Shown: piece after piece, positions 14,533 to 23,156 of the stretch
Layout of the letters: each line of letters opens with the position of its first letter
Numbering within the stretch: the first letter of the stretch is position 1
From: a bacterium
Lineage (GTDB): Bacteria > Patescibacteriota > Minisyncoccia > UBA6257 > 02-FULL-45-10c
Reading direction: 5' to 3'
Assembly (NCBI GenBank): GCA_030646915.1
Contig: JAUSKT010000001.1
Span: forward strand, 1-63,434
DNA: 63,434 bases
Made by a program: the position numbers and the translations under genes
The notes under the pieces: model-generated
What the model was told of the DNA's origin: nothing
What the model saw: only the letters and a program-made list of their open reading frames with translations
Database searches by the model: none

Positions 14533-16020
14533 CTAAGAGTTAAGAATATCTATATCCTTTTGCAGCGCATTGGCTCTTTCCACTACTGGATCTCCGTAAA
14601 AGAAACGGTATTTAAACCAATTGCCGCCCGCATAATATTTCGCTGCCGCGCAGCGTTCCTGTAAAGTCTTAACTGGCAAAACATTTTTATTCGCCTGGGC
14701 ATAATCCCGGCAACCGCTGGATCCATAAGCATCATTCAAGTAAAGCGCTGTGCCCGTAAAAGCATCTCCATTATTCCAAGGCGATGCCGGACTACTTCCG
14801 GTAATATCGCTGATCCGGCTCTTATAAATATTCCAAGTTGAAGGAATGAATTGGGCTGGCCCCATCGCTCCGCCGTAAGCGCCGTGGCGGGAAATTGCGC
14901 ATGATACCAAAACAGGCTCTGGAGGAGATTTGCCTGCTGACTTTAAATCAGATAAAAGCGATAAAAATACCGGCAAATCTCTAGTTGGATGCATTGCAGT
15001 TTGATAACTGCATCTTCCCACATTTTCACCCAAAGAAGATTCTCTGTCTAAAACAGCCAGAATCATAGCCGCCCGCATCCCCGTTGACTGCTCGGCAAAT
15101 TGCGCGAGTTTATAAGCAGCCTCAAAAGATAAACTTCCGCCGCCAATCAATTCAAAGAGCCTGCTTCTAATTTGAGCGGCAGTTTTTTGAGTTTCTTTCA
15201 AAAGCGACTGAAATTTTTGTTCATTGCCCTTAGTAACATTTAAAAGATTGGATTTTTCTTGTTTTGTAAGATCGATCGCGACTTTTTGGGCGTCCTGAAG
15301 AGCTTTAAGCCTAGAAGTATCTGATTTTTTAATAGCAAGGGATTCTTGTTCGTCTAACAGCTCTTCGTGCAAGTCAACAACTTTTTCTAAAGTAGCCCGC
15401 ATGCTTTCCTGAATTTCAATCAAATTATTTACATCCGCAAAAAAATCAGAGAGTTTGGGCCGGCGCAATAAAATTTCTGCCAAACTTAAATTTTCATTTT
15501 CATAAATACTCTGCAAAGACTTTGCCAAAATGGCTTGATTCTGATCAATTTTCTGTCTAGTAGTTACAATTTGTTTTTGATTAACAATAATTTCTTGACT
15601 TAAATTTTGAAGTGAAATATTAATCGCTTTAATTTGAAGATTAACTTTATTAATTTTAGCAGTCAGGCTATTAATTTCATTTTGCAGCCCCTTCCCCTGA
15701 GTTTTATATTGGTCAATGGTAGATTCATATTGGTCTATTTGATTCTCTAAGTTTTGAAGCTGTTTTTCCAAAGCCTGCCTTTCTTCATCGCTTTGAGCCG
15801 CTAAAGACAACTGATTTTGGCCAACTGGAGCAAGCACAGAACCAAAAACCAAATAAGATATCACTCCGAAGACAATAGCTATTTTAGAAAACTTAATAAG
15901 AGGCATCCGAAAAATACGGACAGTGTCCAAATTTATCGTTTTTTTCAGATTAGAAAAAGAATCTTTTTTATGAGATAAATATAAGTCCCGAAAAACTCTA
16001 GGCTTTGGTCTATCAGCCAT
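14533..16020 (-). CDS. Membrane-anchored coiled-coil protein with C-terminal lytic-transglycosylase-like domain
   Basis: N-terminal TM segment, ~250 aa of heptad-rich Q/E/L sequence, then LAVLDRESSLGEN... and GAMGPAQFIPSTW (MltB/SLT-like motifs). Confidence 0.75.
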   Translation of the reverse strand: MADRPKPRVFRDLYLSHKKDSFSNLKKTINLDTVRIFRMPLIKFSKIAIVFGVISYLVFGSVLAPVGQNQLSLAAQSDEERQALEKQLQNLENQIDQYESTIDQYKTQGKGLQNEINSLTAKINKVNLQIKAINISLQNLSQEIIVNQKQIVTTRQKIDQNQAILAKSLQSIYENENLSLAEILLRRPKLSDFFADVNNLIEIQESMRATLEKVVDLHEELLDEQESLAIKKSDTSRLKALQDAQKVAIDLTKQEKSNLLNVTKGNEQKFQSLLKETQKTAAQIRSRLFELIGGGSLSFEAAYKLAQFAEQSTGMRAAMILAVLDRESSLGENVGRCSYQTAMHPTRDLPVFLSLLSDLKSAGKSPPEPVLVSCAISRHGAYGGAMGPAQFIPSTWNIYKSRISDITGSSPASPWNNGDAFTGTALYLNDAYGSSGCRDYAQANKNVLPVKTLQERCAAAKYYAGGNWFKYRFFYGDPVVERANALQKDIDILNS

Positions 16021-16048
16021 ATATATTTAATTATACCAAGAAAATAGG

Positions 16049-16792
16049 TTATTTTTTCGAAGCCTTAGGAGCTTCTTTAGCTGGCGCTGCTTTAGGCGTT
16101 GCCGATTTTGTCCCTTCGGTTGCGGGCGCTGCTTCTCCCGTTACAGACTTAGTAGCATCGCGCTCAGCCTTCTTTTCTTCAGTTTCCACCTTCAAAGTTT
16201 CTACTCCGGCCGATCCGGCTTGCTGCATTGCAAGTTCCTCTTCTTCGGTAATTTTTGCGGTAACAGTCGTCACTACAGTTTCTGGATTTACTAAAACTTT
16301 AACTCCGGAAGGAATAGTTAAATCTTTAACATAAATGCTCTGGCCGATTTCCACCAATTTAGAAACATCAACTTTAAATTCGTGCGGGATGTCAGCAGGT
16401 AAAGCTTCCACTTCTAATTCCTGCAAAGCTTTAACTAAAAGTCCATTTTTTTCCTTAACGGCTGGAGCAACCCCGACAAACTCCACCGGAACATTAACTT
16501 TCAATTTTTCATCCATTCTAACCTGATATAAATCCGCGCTTAAAACTTCATCAGTTACCGGGTGGTAAGAAACATCTTGAATTAGCACGGGATATTTTTT
16601 ATTATCCAGCATTATATTTACAATAGTATTTTCACCGGCTACCTTAAAAACTTTATTAAATTCCTTTTTAGGAACAGTTAAATGGAGGTTCTCAAGACCC
16701 CTTCCATATAATTCCGCCGGAACTAAACCCTTCCTTCTGAGGGCATTAACCTTTCTGCCCAATGTTTCCCGTTTTTGAACTTGTAAATCCAT
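16049..16792 (-). CDS. rplY: 50S ribosomal protein L25 / general stress protein Ctc with A/P/K-rich tail
   Basis: RRKGLVPAELYG...VLIQDVSYHPV... Confidence 0.88.
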   Translation of the reverse strand: MDLQVQKRETLGRKVNALRRKGLVPAELYGRGLENLHLTVPKKEFNKVFKVAGENTIVNIMLDNKKYPVLIQDVSYHPVTDEVLSADLYQVRMDEKLKVNVPVEFVGVAPAVKEKNGLLVKALQELEVEALPADIPHEFKVDVSKLVEIGQSIYVKDLTIPSGVKVLVNPETVVTTVTAKITEEEELAMQQAGSAGVETLKVETEEKKAERDATKSVTGEAAPATEGTKSATPKAAPAKEAPKASKK

Positions 16793-16972
16793 AAATTAAA
16801 CCTTATTTAAAAGTTTCAATCTATTATATACCACCCCTTTAACTTCCGCAACTACTGGAGTTTTTCTACTTCTTCCACTAGGTATTTTTTCATTTTGGAA
16901 ATTGTGTCTTTTAATTTATTGAATCGCAAATCCATTTGGGGCGCCGCTTCCGGAGTGATAGTTTTTTCTTTT

Positions 16973-18877
16973 TTATAAAGCCGCTCCAAACCAGATTTTC
17001 CCTCCAAGAAGCTTGGTTGCCTCGCTCGCAATATAGAGTCCCACGCCAGTACCGCCGGCTTTAATCACCATAGCGTTTGAAGCGCGAAAAAACTTGCTGA
17101 ATATTTTTTTATATTCTTCTGGCGGTATGCCAACGCCGGTATCGCGGACAGTTACCAAAAAAGTGTTTTCCTTTTTCTCCAGAGAAACTTCAACACTTCC
17201 TCTTTCCGGAGTGTATTCTATAGCATTGACCACTATGGACTGAATGATGTTTTGAAACGCATTTTTGTCAGTTACTACTTCCAGCTCACCAACCTGATTT
17301 TTAAAATTAAAAGTAAGATTTTTTTTCTGACAAAGCGGGTCAGTCTCCTTAAAGTAGTTTTTTAAAAAAACTGCGATATCCAGCCGCACTGGAGTAACGC
17401 CAATCGTGCCGGATTCAATGCGCGAAATATTCAAAAGGGCATCCACAAGGTCCGACAAGCGGGAAGCTGATTCCGTAATATCAGTCAGAGATTCTAAGGT
17501 CTTCGCATCAACATCTTTGTTCTTTAATAACCGCTCTATGGTCCAACGAATTCCAGTAAGCGGAGTGCGGAGCTGATGAGAAGCAATGGTTACGAATTCG
17601 CTTTTTTGGCGATCAATTTCTTTTTCTTTGGTGATGTCGCGTTCTATCCCGACAAAAAATTTAAGATTGCCGTCCTTGTCCAAAATCGGGGAAATTTGGG
17701 CATCCGCTTCGTAAATTTCCCCATTTTTGCGCCGGTTCCTGATCTGCCCCGAAAATACCCTCTTGTCGGTTTTGATGGTTTTCCACATCTGTTCATAAAA
17801 TTCTTTCGGCATCTGCTTTCCCCAAAGCGACGGCCTGCTTCCGATGATTTCTCCGCGGGTGTACCCAGTGATCCGCTCCGCCGCTTTATTCGCGTAAAGC
17901 ACGGTCCCATCCGGATCCGCAATGATGATGTGTTCATAAGCGTTCTCCACCGCCAATTGGAACTTATTCAGCTCAATCACCAACGATTCGGATTTTTCTT
18001 TTTCCAATTTGATATCCGTCAATAAATTAACAAGAGCTTTTTGAGAATCATCCATTTTTCTGACCTGCAAACGCATCTGATCGGCATTCTTTTTCTCCTC
18101 AGTGATATCCCTGACCGTGGCTTGAAGAAACGACTTTCCCTGCAGATCGATCCTGGTCAGAAGCACTGTGGCCGGAAAATCCTCGCCGGTCATCCTCCGA
18201 TGGACCCATTCGAAGAAATGCGAACCGTCGCGCATGGCGACCTCAATCATCTCTTTCGCCTTTTCGGCGGAAAGCCTGCCGTCCGGCTGTTTTTCCGGCG
18301 ACAGCCGCCACGGTTCCGCGGACGCGAATTCCTTCTCGTCTTTCGCCTTGAACATCTTCAGCGTCGCCGGATTTCCGGACGAGAACCGCCATGCCGGCGG
18401 CTCAAGCGTCATCAGCGCGTCGCGGGAACTTTCAAACAGCATCCTGAAACGCACCTCGCTCTCGCGTACCGCCCCCTCCTGCGCCCTGCGATTGGTGATG
18501 TTATTCGAATAAAAAAGAATCCGCTTGATGTTGCCATCCTTATCTTTCAAGGGGGAAATAATGCCATGACACCATGCGTGTTTTGAACTTTCCGGCGTAT
18601 GCTCAAAATCAATTTCACCATATCCTCCACGCAAAACCGAATCAAAGATTCTTTTCATCTCCGGCTGATATTCTTTTTTGACCGTTCCCAGCCAGTTAAA
18701 TTTACCCACATCATCGGTATCTTTCAAAAAATGTTCCTCCCTACCGCCTTTGTTGATGAACAGTAGAGTGCCTTTCACGTCAAAAACCTTAATGCACAAT
18801 GGCGTGTTCTCTATCAGGTCGTAAAATCCCTCTGACTGCTCCGTGATATTTTTTTTTGTTACTTCAAGATTAGGCAT
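16973..18877 (-). CDS. Cytoplasmic multi-PAS sensor histidine kinase
   Basis: Three PAS-like modules, H-box ASHQLRTPLTGI and G-box GTGVGLYIA. The ORF ends early after GGKIWFGAAL. Confidence 0.88.
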   Translation of the reverse strand: MPNLEVTKKNITEQSEGFYDLIENTPLCIKVFDVKGTLLFINKGGREEHFLKDTDDVGKFNWLGTVKKEYQPEMKRIFDSVLRGGYGEIDFEHTPESSKHAWCHGIISPLKDKDGNIKRILFYSNNITNRRAQEGAVRESEVRFRMLFESSRDALMTLEPPAWRFSSGNPATLKMFKAKDEKEFASAEPWRLSPEKQPDGRLSAEKAKEMIEVAMRDGSHFFEWVHRRMTGEDFPATVLLTRIDLQGKSFLQATVRDITEEKKNADQMRLQVRKMDDSQKALVNLLTDIKLEKEKSESLVIELNKFQLAVENAYEHIIIADPDGTVLYANKAAERITGYTRGEIIGSRPSLWGKQMPKEFYEQMWKTIKTDKRVFSGQIRNRRKNGEIYEADAQISPILDKDGNLKFFVGIERDITKEKEIDRQKSEFVTIASHQLRTPLTGIRWTIERLLKNKDVDAKTLESLTDITESASRLSDLVDALLNISRIESGTIGVTPVRLDIAVFLKNYFKETDPLCQKKNLTFNFKNQVGELEVVTDKNAFQNIIQSIVVNAIEYTPERGSVEVSLEKKENTFLVTVRDTGVGIPPEEYKKIFSKFFRASNAMVIKAGGTGVGLYIASEATKLLGGKIWFGAAL

Positions 18878-19784
18878 GGGTGTCTTTCGGTTTCCCTTTT
18901 AATTCGGCAATCTCCTTTTTCAGCTCCACCATCTTTAATTCACGACCGACCATCAGGTCGTTCATCTTTTCCGATTCCGCCATTTTTTCTTCCAGCTGAG
19001 CGGTTCGTGATTGAACTTGTTTTTCCAATCCGGAATATGATTCCTTAAGCTTGCTTATCATAACATTAAACGCCTGCCCTAATGCGCCAATTTCGTCTCC
19101 CGAACCGGTAGTAATAGTAGTAGTAGTAGTAGAGGAAAAATCAAGCGAGGCAATGCGCGTAGCGGCTTCTTTGAGTTTTATAAGCGGTTTGGCAATAAAC
19201 TGATTAAAGAAAAAGAGCAATGCCACAAGAAACAAAATGAGTATGGCCACACTCGCGCCAACCGCAAAAACCAGCATTTGTTCAGCCGTCTGCACATTCG
19301 CCAAATTAACGTCAGACAGCGCATACGCCCTGGTGATGTTTATTTGGGTCTTCGCCAGTAATTGCGAAACCAATACCTCCTCCAGTTCTTGGGAAAGCGC
19401 GCGCTCTGCCGAGTTTGATTTCGGTTTTTCGTAGTTGGCTACTATTTTGGCAAAGAGTAAGTTTACTTGCTCGCTGGTTTCCTGAATCTCCGTCAAAGAA
19501 GCTTTATGTTCTGAATCAGTCTGAAATACTTCGCTTTGCGTGAGTTGGGTTTGCCTATCCGCTAACAGTTGCCACTGCGCTTTCGGCCGTTCTTCATGAA
19601 AGCGATAATAATCCAGTACCAATCCCCGCCGAGTAGTTGACGTTTGCACGATTTTCGCGGCAATTTCAGCATGTCCAATTTCATGCTCTATCTGCTCTGT
19701 CGCTTGGTAAACAAAAAAACCGGTAAAAGAAATCAGTATGGTAATTGCAAGAATGCTGGACAGGAGTTTGGTTTTAATAGTCAT
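18870..19784 (-). CDS. Two-TM sensor protein with HAMP domain and coiled coil (no kinase core)
   Basis: IAKPLIKLKEAATRIA...GDEIGALGQAFNVMISKL. Its stop overlaps the kinase start (ATGCCTAA). Confidence 0.8.
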   Translation of the reverse strand: MTIKTKLLSSILAITILISFTGFFVYQATEQIEHEIGHAEIAAKIVQTSTTRRGLVLDYYRFHEERPKAQWQLLADRQTQLTQSEVFQTDSEHKASLTEIQETSEQVNLLFAKIVANYEKPKSNSAERALSQELEEVLVSQLLAKTQINITRAYALSDVNLANVQTAEQMLVFAVGASVAILILFLVALLFFFNQFIAKPLIKLKEAATRIASLDFSSTTTTTITTGSGDEIGALGQAFNVMISKLKESYSGLEKQVQSRTAQLEEKMAESEKMNDLMVGRELKMVELKKEIAELKGKPKDTHA

Positions 19785-19797
19785 AGCATTTTATCTG

Positions 19798-20805
19798 TCA
19801 TCGGATAATGGTTACCGCTTCCGGTTTTACTTTTTCCAGCGCATCCATATAAATATAGTCAAGATAATTTGGTACTACGGTTTTGTCCGTCAGCTTATTT
19901 TTGATCGCCCAGCGCGCTTGAGCTTCCATATTTAACAGGAGTGCTTGGGATAGCTCACCTGAAGCATTGAATTTGCGCCAAACCAATGTCATATACTCTG
20001 GCTCATAACGAAATGCATCCGATATAAACATTTCTACTTCCGCGGGATTAGCTTTGACGAATTCCTCTGTCACTGCCATTGCGGTTAAAAACCTCTTTAA
20101 AACATCGGGATTCCCGCTAATGAATCCTTGTGTACTAATAAGAAGGAAATATGAATCTTGGCTTCCCTGCGCGGGAAAACTCATTATATTCTGCCCTAAA
20201 CTTTTCTTCAATTTAAAAACGGTCGGTTCCCATGTAAGCGCAATATCTATCTCGCCTTTTTCAAGAGCAGAAACTATCTCGGAAGGTTGTAAATTAACCA
20301 ACTCAATATCCGCGAGATTGATACCATTTTCAATCAGTAATTTGCCAAGAAAAAATTCGCCGGAGGACTTTTTTGTAACGCCAACTTTCTTACCTTTAAT
20401 ATCTGCTATTTTCTCAATTCCTCTGTCTTTTCTTATTATTAATTCATGGGTGTTGTTGGATACTGTTACAGTAGAAAAAATCCGAATATCATTTTTGATA
20501 AAACTGTCGCTTACAAAAACAAAGTCGGCTGCCGTAGCTATATCCGCTTCTCCATTTTCTAATGCGTTCATCGCCAACCTACCTGATTCAAATGTCTTAA
20601 TATCAACATCAAGCCCAGCTTCCTGAAAAAAACCTTTTTCTTTGGCCAGATACACAAAAGGAGCGTAATCTGGATACGCCGCCACGGTAACTTTCTCAAC
20701 CGGCCCGGTGTATTTTTCTAGTTGTTTTTGGCCAAGAAAATACCAAGCCAAAAACCCTGCCAAAATAATAATAGTTACGATAAGTAGGATGGATATTTTT
20801 TTCAT
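19798..20805 (-). CDS. NMT1/THI5-like (NitT/TauT family) substrate-binding protein with N-terminal anchor
   Basis: VTVAAYPDYAPFVYLAKEKGFFQEAGLDVDIKTFESG... Confidence 0.75.
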   Translation of the reverse strand: MKKISILLIVTIIILAGFLAWYFLGQKQLEKYTGPVEKVTVAAYPDYAPFVYLAKEKGFFQEAGLDVDIKTFESGRLAMNALENGEADIATAADFVFVSDSFIKNDIRIFSTVTVSNNTHELIIRKDRGIEKIADIKGKKVGVTKKSSGEFFLGKLLIENGINLADIELVNLQPSEIVSALEKGEIDIALTWEPTVFKLKKSLGQNIMSFPAQGSQDSYFLLISTQGFISGNPDVLKRFLTAMAVTEEFVKANPAEVEMFISDAFRYEPEYMTLVWRKFNASGELSQALLLNMEAQARWAIKNKLTDKTVVPNYLDYIYMDALEKVKPEAVTIIR

Positions 20806-20905
20806 ATATTATAATGAAGCGCTTCGTCTTCTTTTCAGAATAACAAATTTTTTAGAAACTCTTGCTTTGAATATTTTTTGCGGAATTTTTTCCATATTGC
20901 TTTAG

Positions 20906-21871
20906 CTAAGATAGTTTATTAAATAATTTCAGCCTTGCCTTCACCACCGCTTTCATCACCTCTACTGCTTCTGGCTCAACTTTATAGGGAGCGATTTCTT
21001 CTATGTCTTTGTGAAGTCCGGATTCTAAACCCTTGCGCCACGCCACCCGGATTTCCGTATTAATATGTATAATCGCCACCCCAGCATCAATTGCGGCCAA
21101 AAAATCCGCGTCCGTATTTCCAGAACCTCCATGAAGAACAAGTGGAATTTTTACAGCTTTTTTAATAGCCTGAATGCGCTCTATGTCTAATGGATAGTCA
21201 TAACCCTTGGCAAATCCCGTTAGAGACCGCGCCCGCGCTTGCGCGCCCAAAGGGCCCATGGGGCGGGCTGTCTCTAACGGGATAAACATTCCGTGCAGAT
21301 TCCCAACTGCCGGCGCAAGTAAATCTACTTCAGTTTCTTTTAAAAATCTGGCCGCATCTTCCGGCTTGGTTAAATCTTCCGGACGAATTTTCGCCGCGCC
21401 CTTCGACAAGCTCAGGCCAAGCCCTTTTGGCAATTCTTTCCTAATGGAAGATCCGCTGCCGATATTCCCCAACTCGCCCTCGATGATAATTTCCGGATTA
21501 ATTGATTTTATATATTCAACCACTTCTTTAGTCTGCCGGATATTTTCTTCAAGCGGCAAAGTTCCGCCGTCAAATAAAATCGCATCATAACCCGCGTCTG
21601 CGGCTTTTTTTACTTCTTCTAAAGATTTAGTATGGTCGGAATTCAAAAAAACCGGTTTACCTGCTTTTTGCAGGCTTTTTACCAAAGCAACCGCCTGTTC
21701 GCGGCCGACAAATTTCGCTTCACCCTCCGAAGTTCCCAAAATCACCGGCACGCCCAATTCTTCCGCCGCTTCCACAATCGCCTTAAAGCCGATTAAATCG
21801 GCAAAATTAAAATGCCCAACCGCCACTTTCTTTTCCTCTGCTTCTTTCAAAATTTGTCTTAAATTTTTCAT
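20906..21871 (-). CDS. fba: Class II fructose-bisphosphate aldolase carrying an in-frame palindromic insertion
   Basis: VGHFNF...SDH...EGELG...APAVGNLHG...PLVLHGGSG...HINTE. Confidence 0.9.
   Translation of the reverse strand: MKNLRQILKEAEEKKVAVGHFNFADLIGFKAIVEAAEELGVPVILGTSEGEAKFVGREQAVALVKSLQKAGKPVFLNSDHTKSLEEVKKAADAGYDAILFDGGTLPLEENIRQTKEVVEYIKSINPEIIIEGELGNIGSGSSIRKELPKGLGLSLSKGAAKIRPEDLTKPEDAARFLKETEVDLLAPAVGNLHGMFIPLETARPMGPLGAQARARSLTGFAKGYDYPLDIERIQAIKKAVKIPLVLHGGSGNTDADFLAAIDAGVAIIHINTEIRVAWRKGLESGLHKDIEEIAPYKVEPEAVEVMKAVVKARLKLFNKLS
21214..21283. repeat. G+C-rich palindromic element inserted in frame in fba (arms ATCCCGTTAGAGAC / GTCTCTAACGGGAT)
   Basis: Read directly. It encodes ~IPLETARPMGPLGAQARARSLTGFA between the LHG motif and KGYDYPLDIERI. 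Confidence 0.8.
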
Positions 21872-21874
21872 AAA

Positions 21875-23155
21875 TTAAATTTCGAAATAGCCTTGCAGTA
21901 GGTATTCTTTAGCAAATTTCTCCAGTTCATCTTTACTGAAATATCCCATAAAAATCTTATTCCAAAGCGCTTCTTGATGATGATAGAGATATTTTACCAT
22001 CTCTTTTTCTTTGACCAAAGACATCACCGTATCCACCAGATTAAAACTTACCAGCACTTCATTCCCCACATCATCTTTAAAATAATCCCCCACCCAATCC
22101 AAATCATTCCAAAAGCTAAGCTCTGGGCTAAGCCGTTCTTTCTTATTTCGGTTAGAAAGCATATCCGCCGCCATAATCAAATCTTGGGAAGCCTTATCCC
22201 AATGCAAAGCCTCTGGATTCAAATGCGGAGCAAATAGCCTCCAGTCATTTTCATCGTCTTTCGCCAAATACCTTTGGACAACCAGCCACTGCGACTTGGG
22301 GCTTTCTGATAAATGCTGTGCGATCACGTCTCCCCGGAGCAAAGAAATGCAATTCTCCGAGAAAGTTTCCGGCACTTCGGCAATCTTTTTGAAAATATCC
22401 GAATAAAAAGGGATTTCATGTAAATAATGGAAAACGAGGCTTAACATCCGGAGCAATTCCCCGGAAATGCCAAGAGAAATCGGAATCACAAAAACCACTC
22501 CAAGCTCTTTCAAGTGGCTTATATTATGTTTCTTCTTCACCACAAATTTTTCCGTGATTGCCACCCATTTTTGGTCTAAAGAATGGACTACCAATTCGCG
22601 TATTTCAAAATCATCCGGCGTTAAATTTTCATACTGCTTAAAAAATATCTGATTAAGCCATTCTGAGCCTTCTAAAAATCTGAGTGCGCTGTAAAGCTCA
22701 AACAAATTTTCCTTTTCCACCATCTTTTCCGGAGAATCATATCCGAGATACTCCATTACCTTTTTAGGCGGCTCTTTAATTAAAAATTCTTTGGCCTTAT
22801 TCAATTTTAGAAAAAATCCGTGGTTAGACTCCGCGATTTTTCTGGCAATTTCCAAAATCTGATTGCAATCCTTGGAATTATCGCAGACCAATCCGCCAAA
22901 AGCTTTAAGAAGAAGATAATCATCTGATTCAATCTTGGAAATAAGAGCATCGTAGACTTCTTTGGCGCTGGAATCTCTGGATACGCCGAGCGTAAGAAGT
23001 TTTTCTTTCACTTTTTGCTCATTTTCTTTGACAATCTTTTCAAAGACGCCGGTTTGTCCGGTTACGCGAGACAAGCGGTCTTCAATTTTATAAAGAGCCT
23101 GCTTGTCAGCCCTTAAAATTTTAGCGATTTTATCCGCTGCTGTTCTATCAGCCAT
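21875..23155 (-). CDS. Hypothetical protein (427 aa from Met-18 of the track ORF) between the pfkB-family kinase and fba
   Basis: Long ORF with no motif I recognise. The start at 23155 avoids a 50-nt overlap with the upstream gene. Confidence 0.7.
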   Translation of the reverse strand: MADRTAADKIAKILRADKQALYKIEDRLSRVTGQTGVFEKIVKENEQKVKEKLLTLGVSRDSSAKEVYDALISKIESDDYLLLKAFGGLVCDNSKDCNQILEIARKIAESNHGFFLKLNKAKEFLIKEPPKKVMEYLGYDSPEKMVEKENLFELYSALRFLEGSEWLNQIFFKQYENLTPDDFEIRELVVHSLDQKWVAITEKFVVKKKHNISHLKELGVVFVIPISLGISGELLRMLSLVFHYLHEIPFYSDIFKKIAEVPETFSENCISLLRGDVIAQHLSESPKSQWLVVQRYLAKDDENDWRLFAPHLNPEALHWDKASQDLIMAADMLSNRNKKERLSPELSFWNDLDWVGDYFKDDVGNEVLVSFNLVDTVMSLVKEKEMVKYLYHHQEALWNKIFMGYFSKDELEKFAKEYLLQGYFEI

Positions 23156-23156
23156 A

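Noticed and set aside
16852-16972. A frameshifted continuation of the histidine kinase, or a 27-aa ORF (MDLRFNKLKDTISKMKKYLVEEVEKLQ), downstream of its stop.
   Set aside because: No frame after GGKIWFGAAL* convincingly restores the usual ...ES..GKGS.F.. ending. The mini-ORF is too short to support.
17576-18586. Plus-strand ORFs antisense to the kinase (17576-18025, 18041-18586, 18168-18512) and the minus-strand out-of-frame ORF 17644-17937.
   Set aside because: They are by-products of the locally elevated G+C. The kinase frame carries the PAS and H-box motifs.
21391-21403. The 13-mer TTCGACAAGCTCA shared between fba and the hairpin loop at 47264, and the similar GGTTCGACTATAAGC strings at 6645 and 10358, as a repeat family.
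   Set aside because: Exact 13-mer matches are expected many times by chance in about 127 kb of two-strand sequence, and no extended alignment surrounds them.
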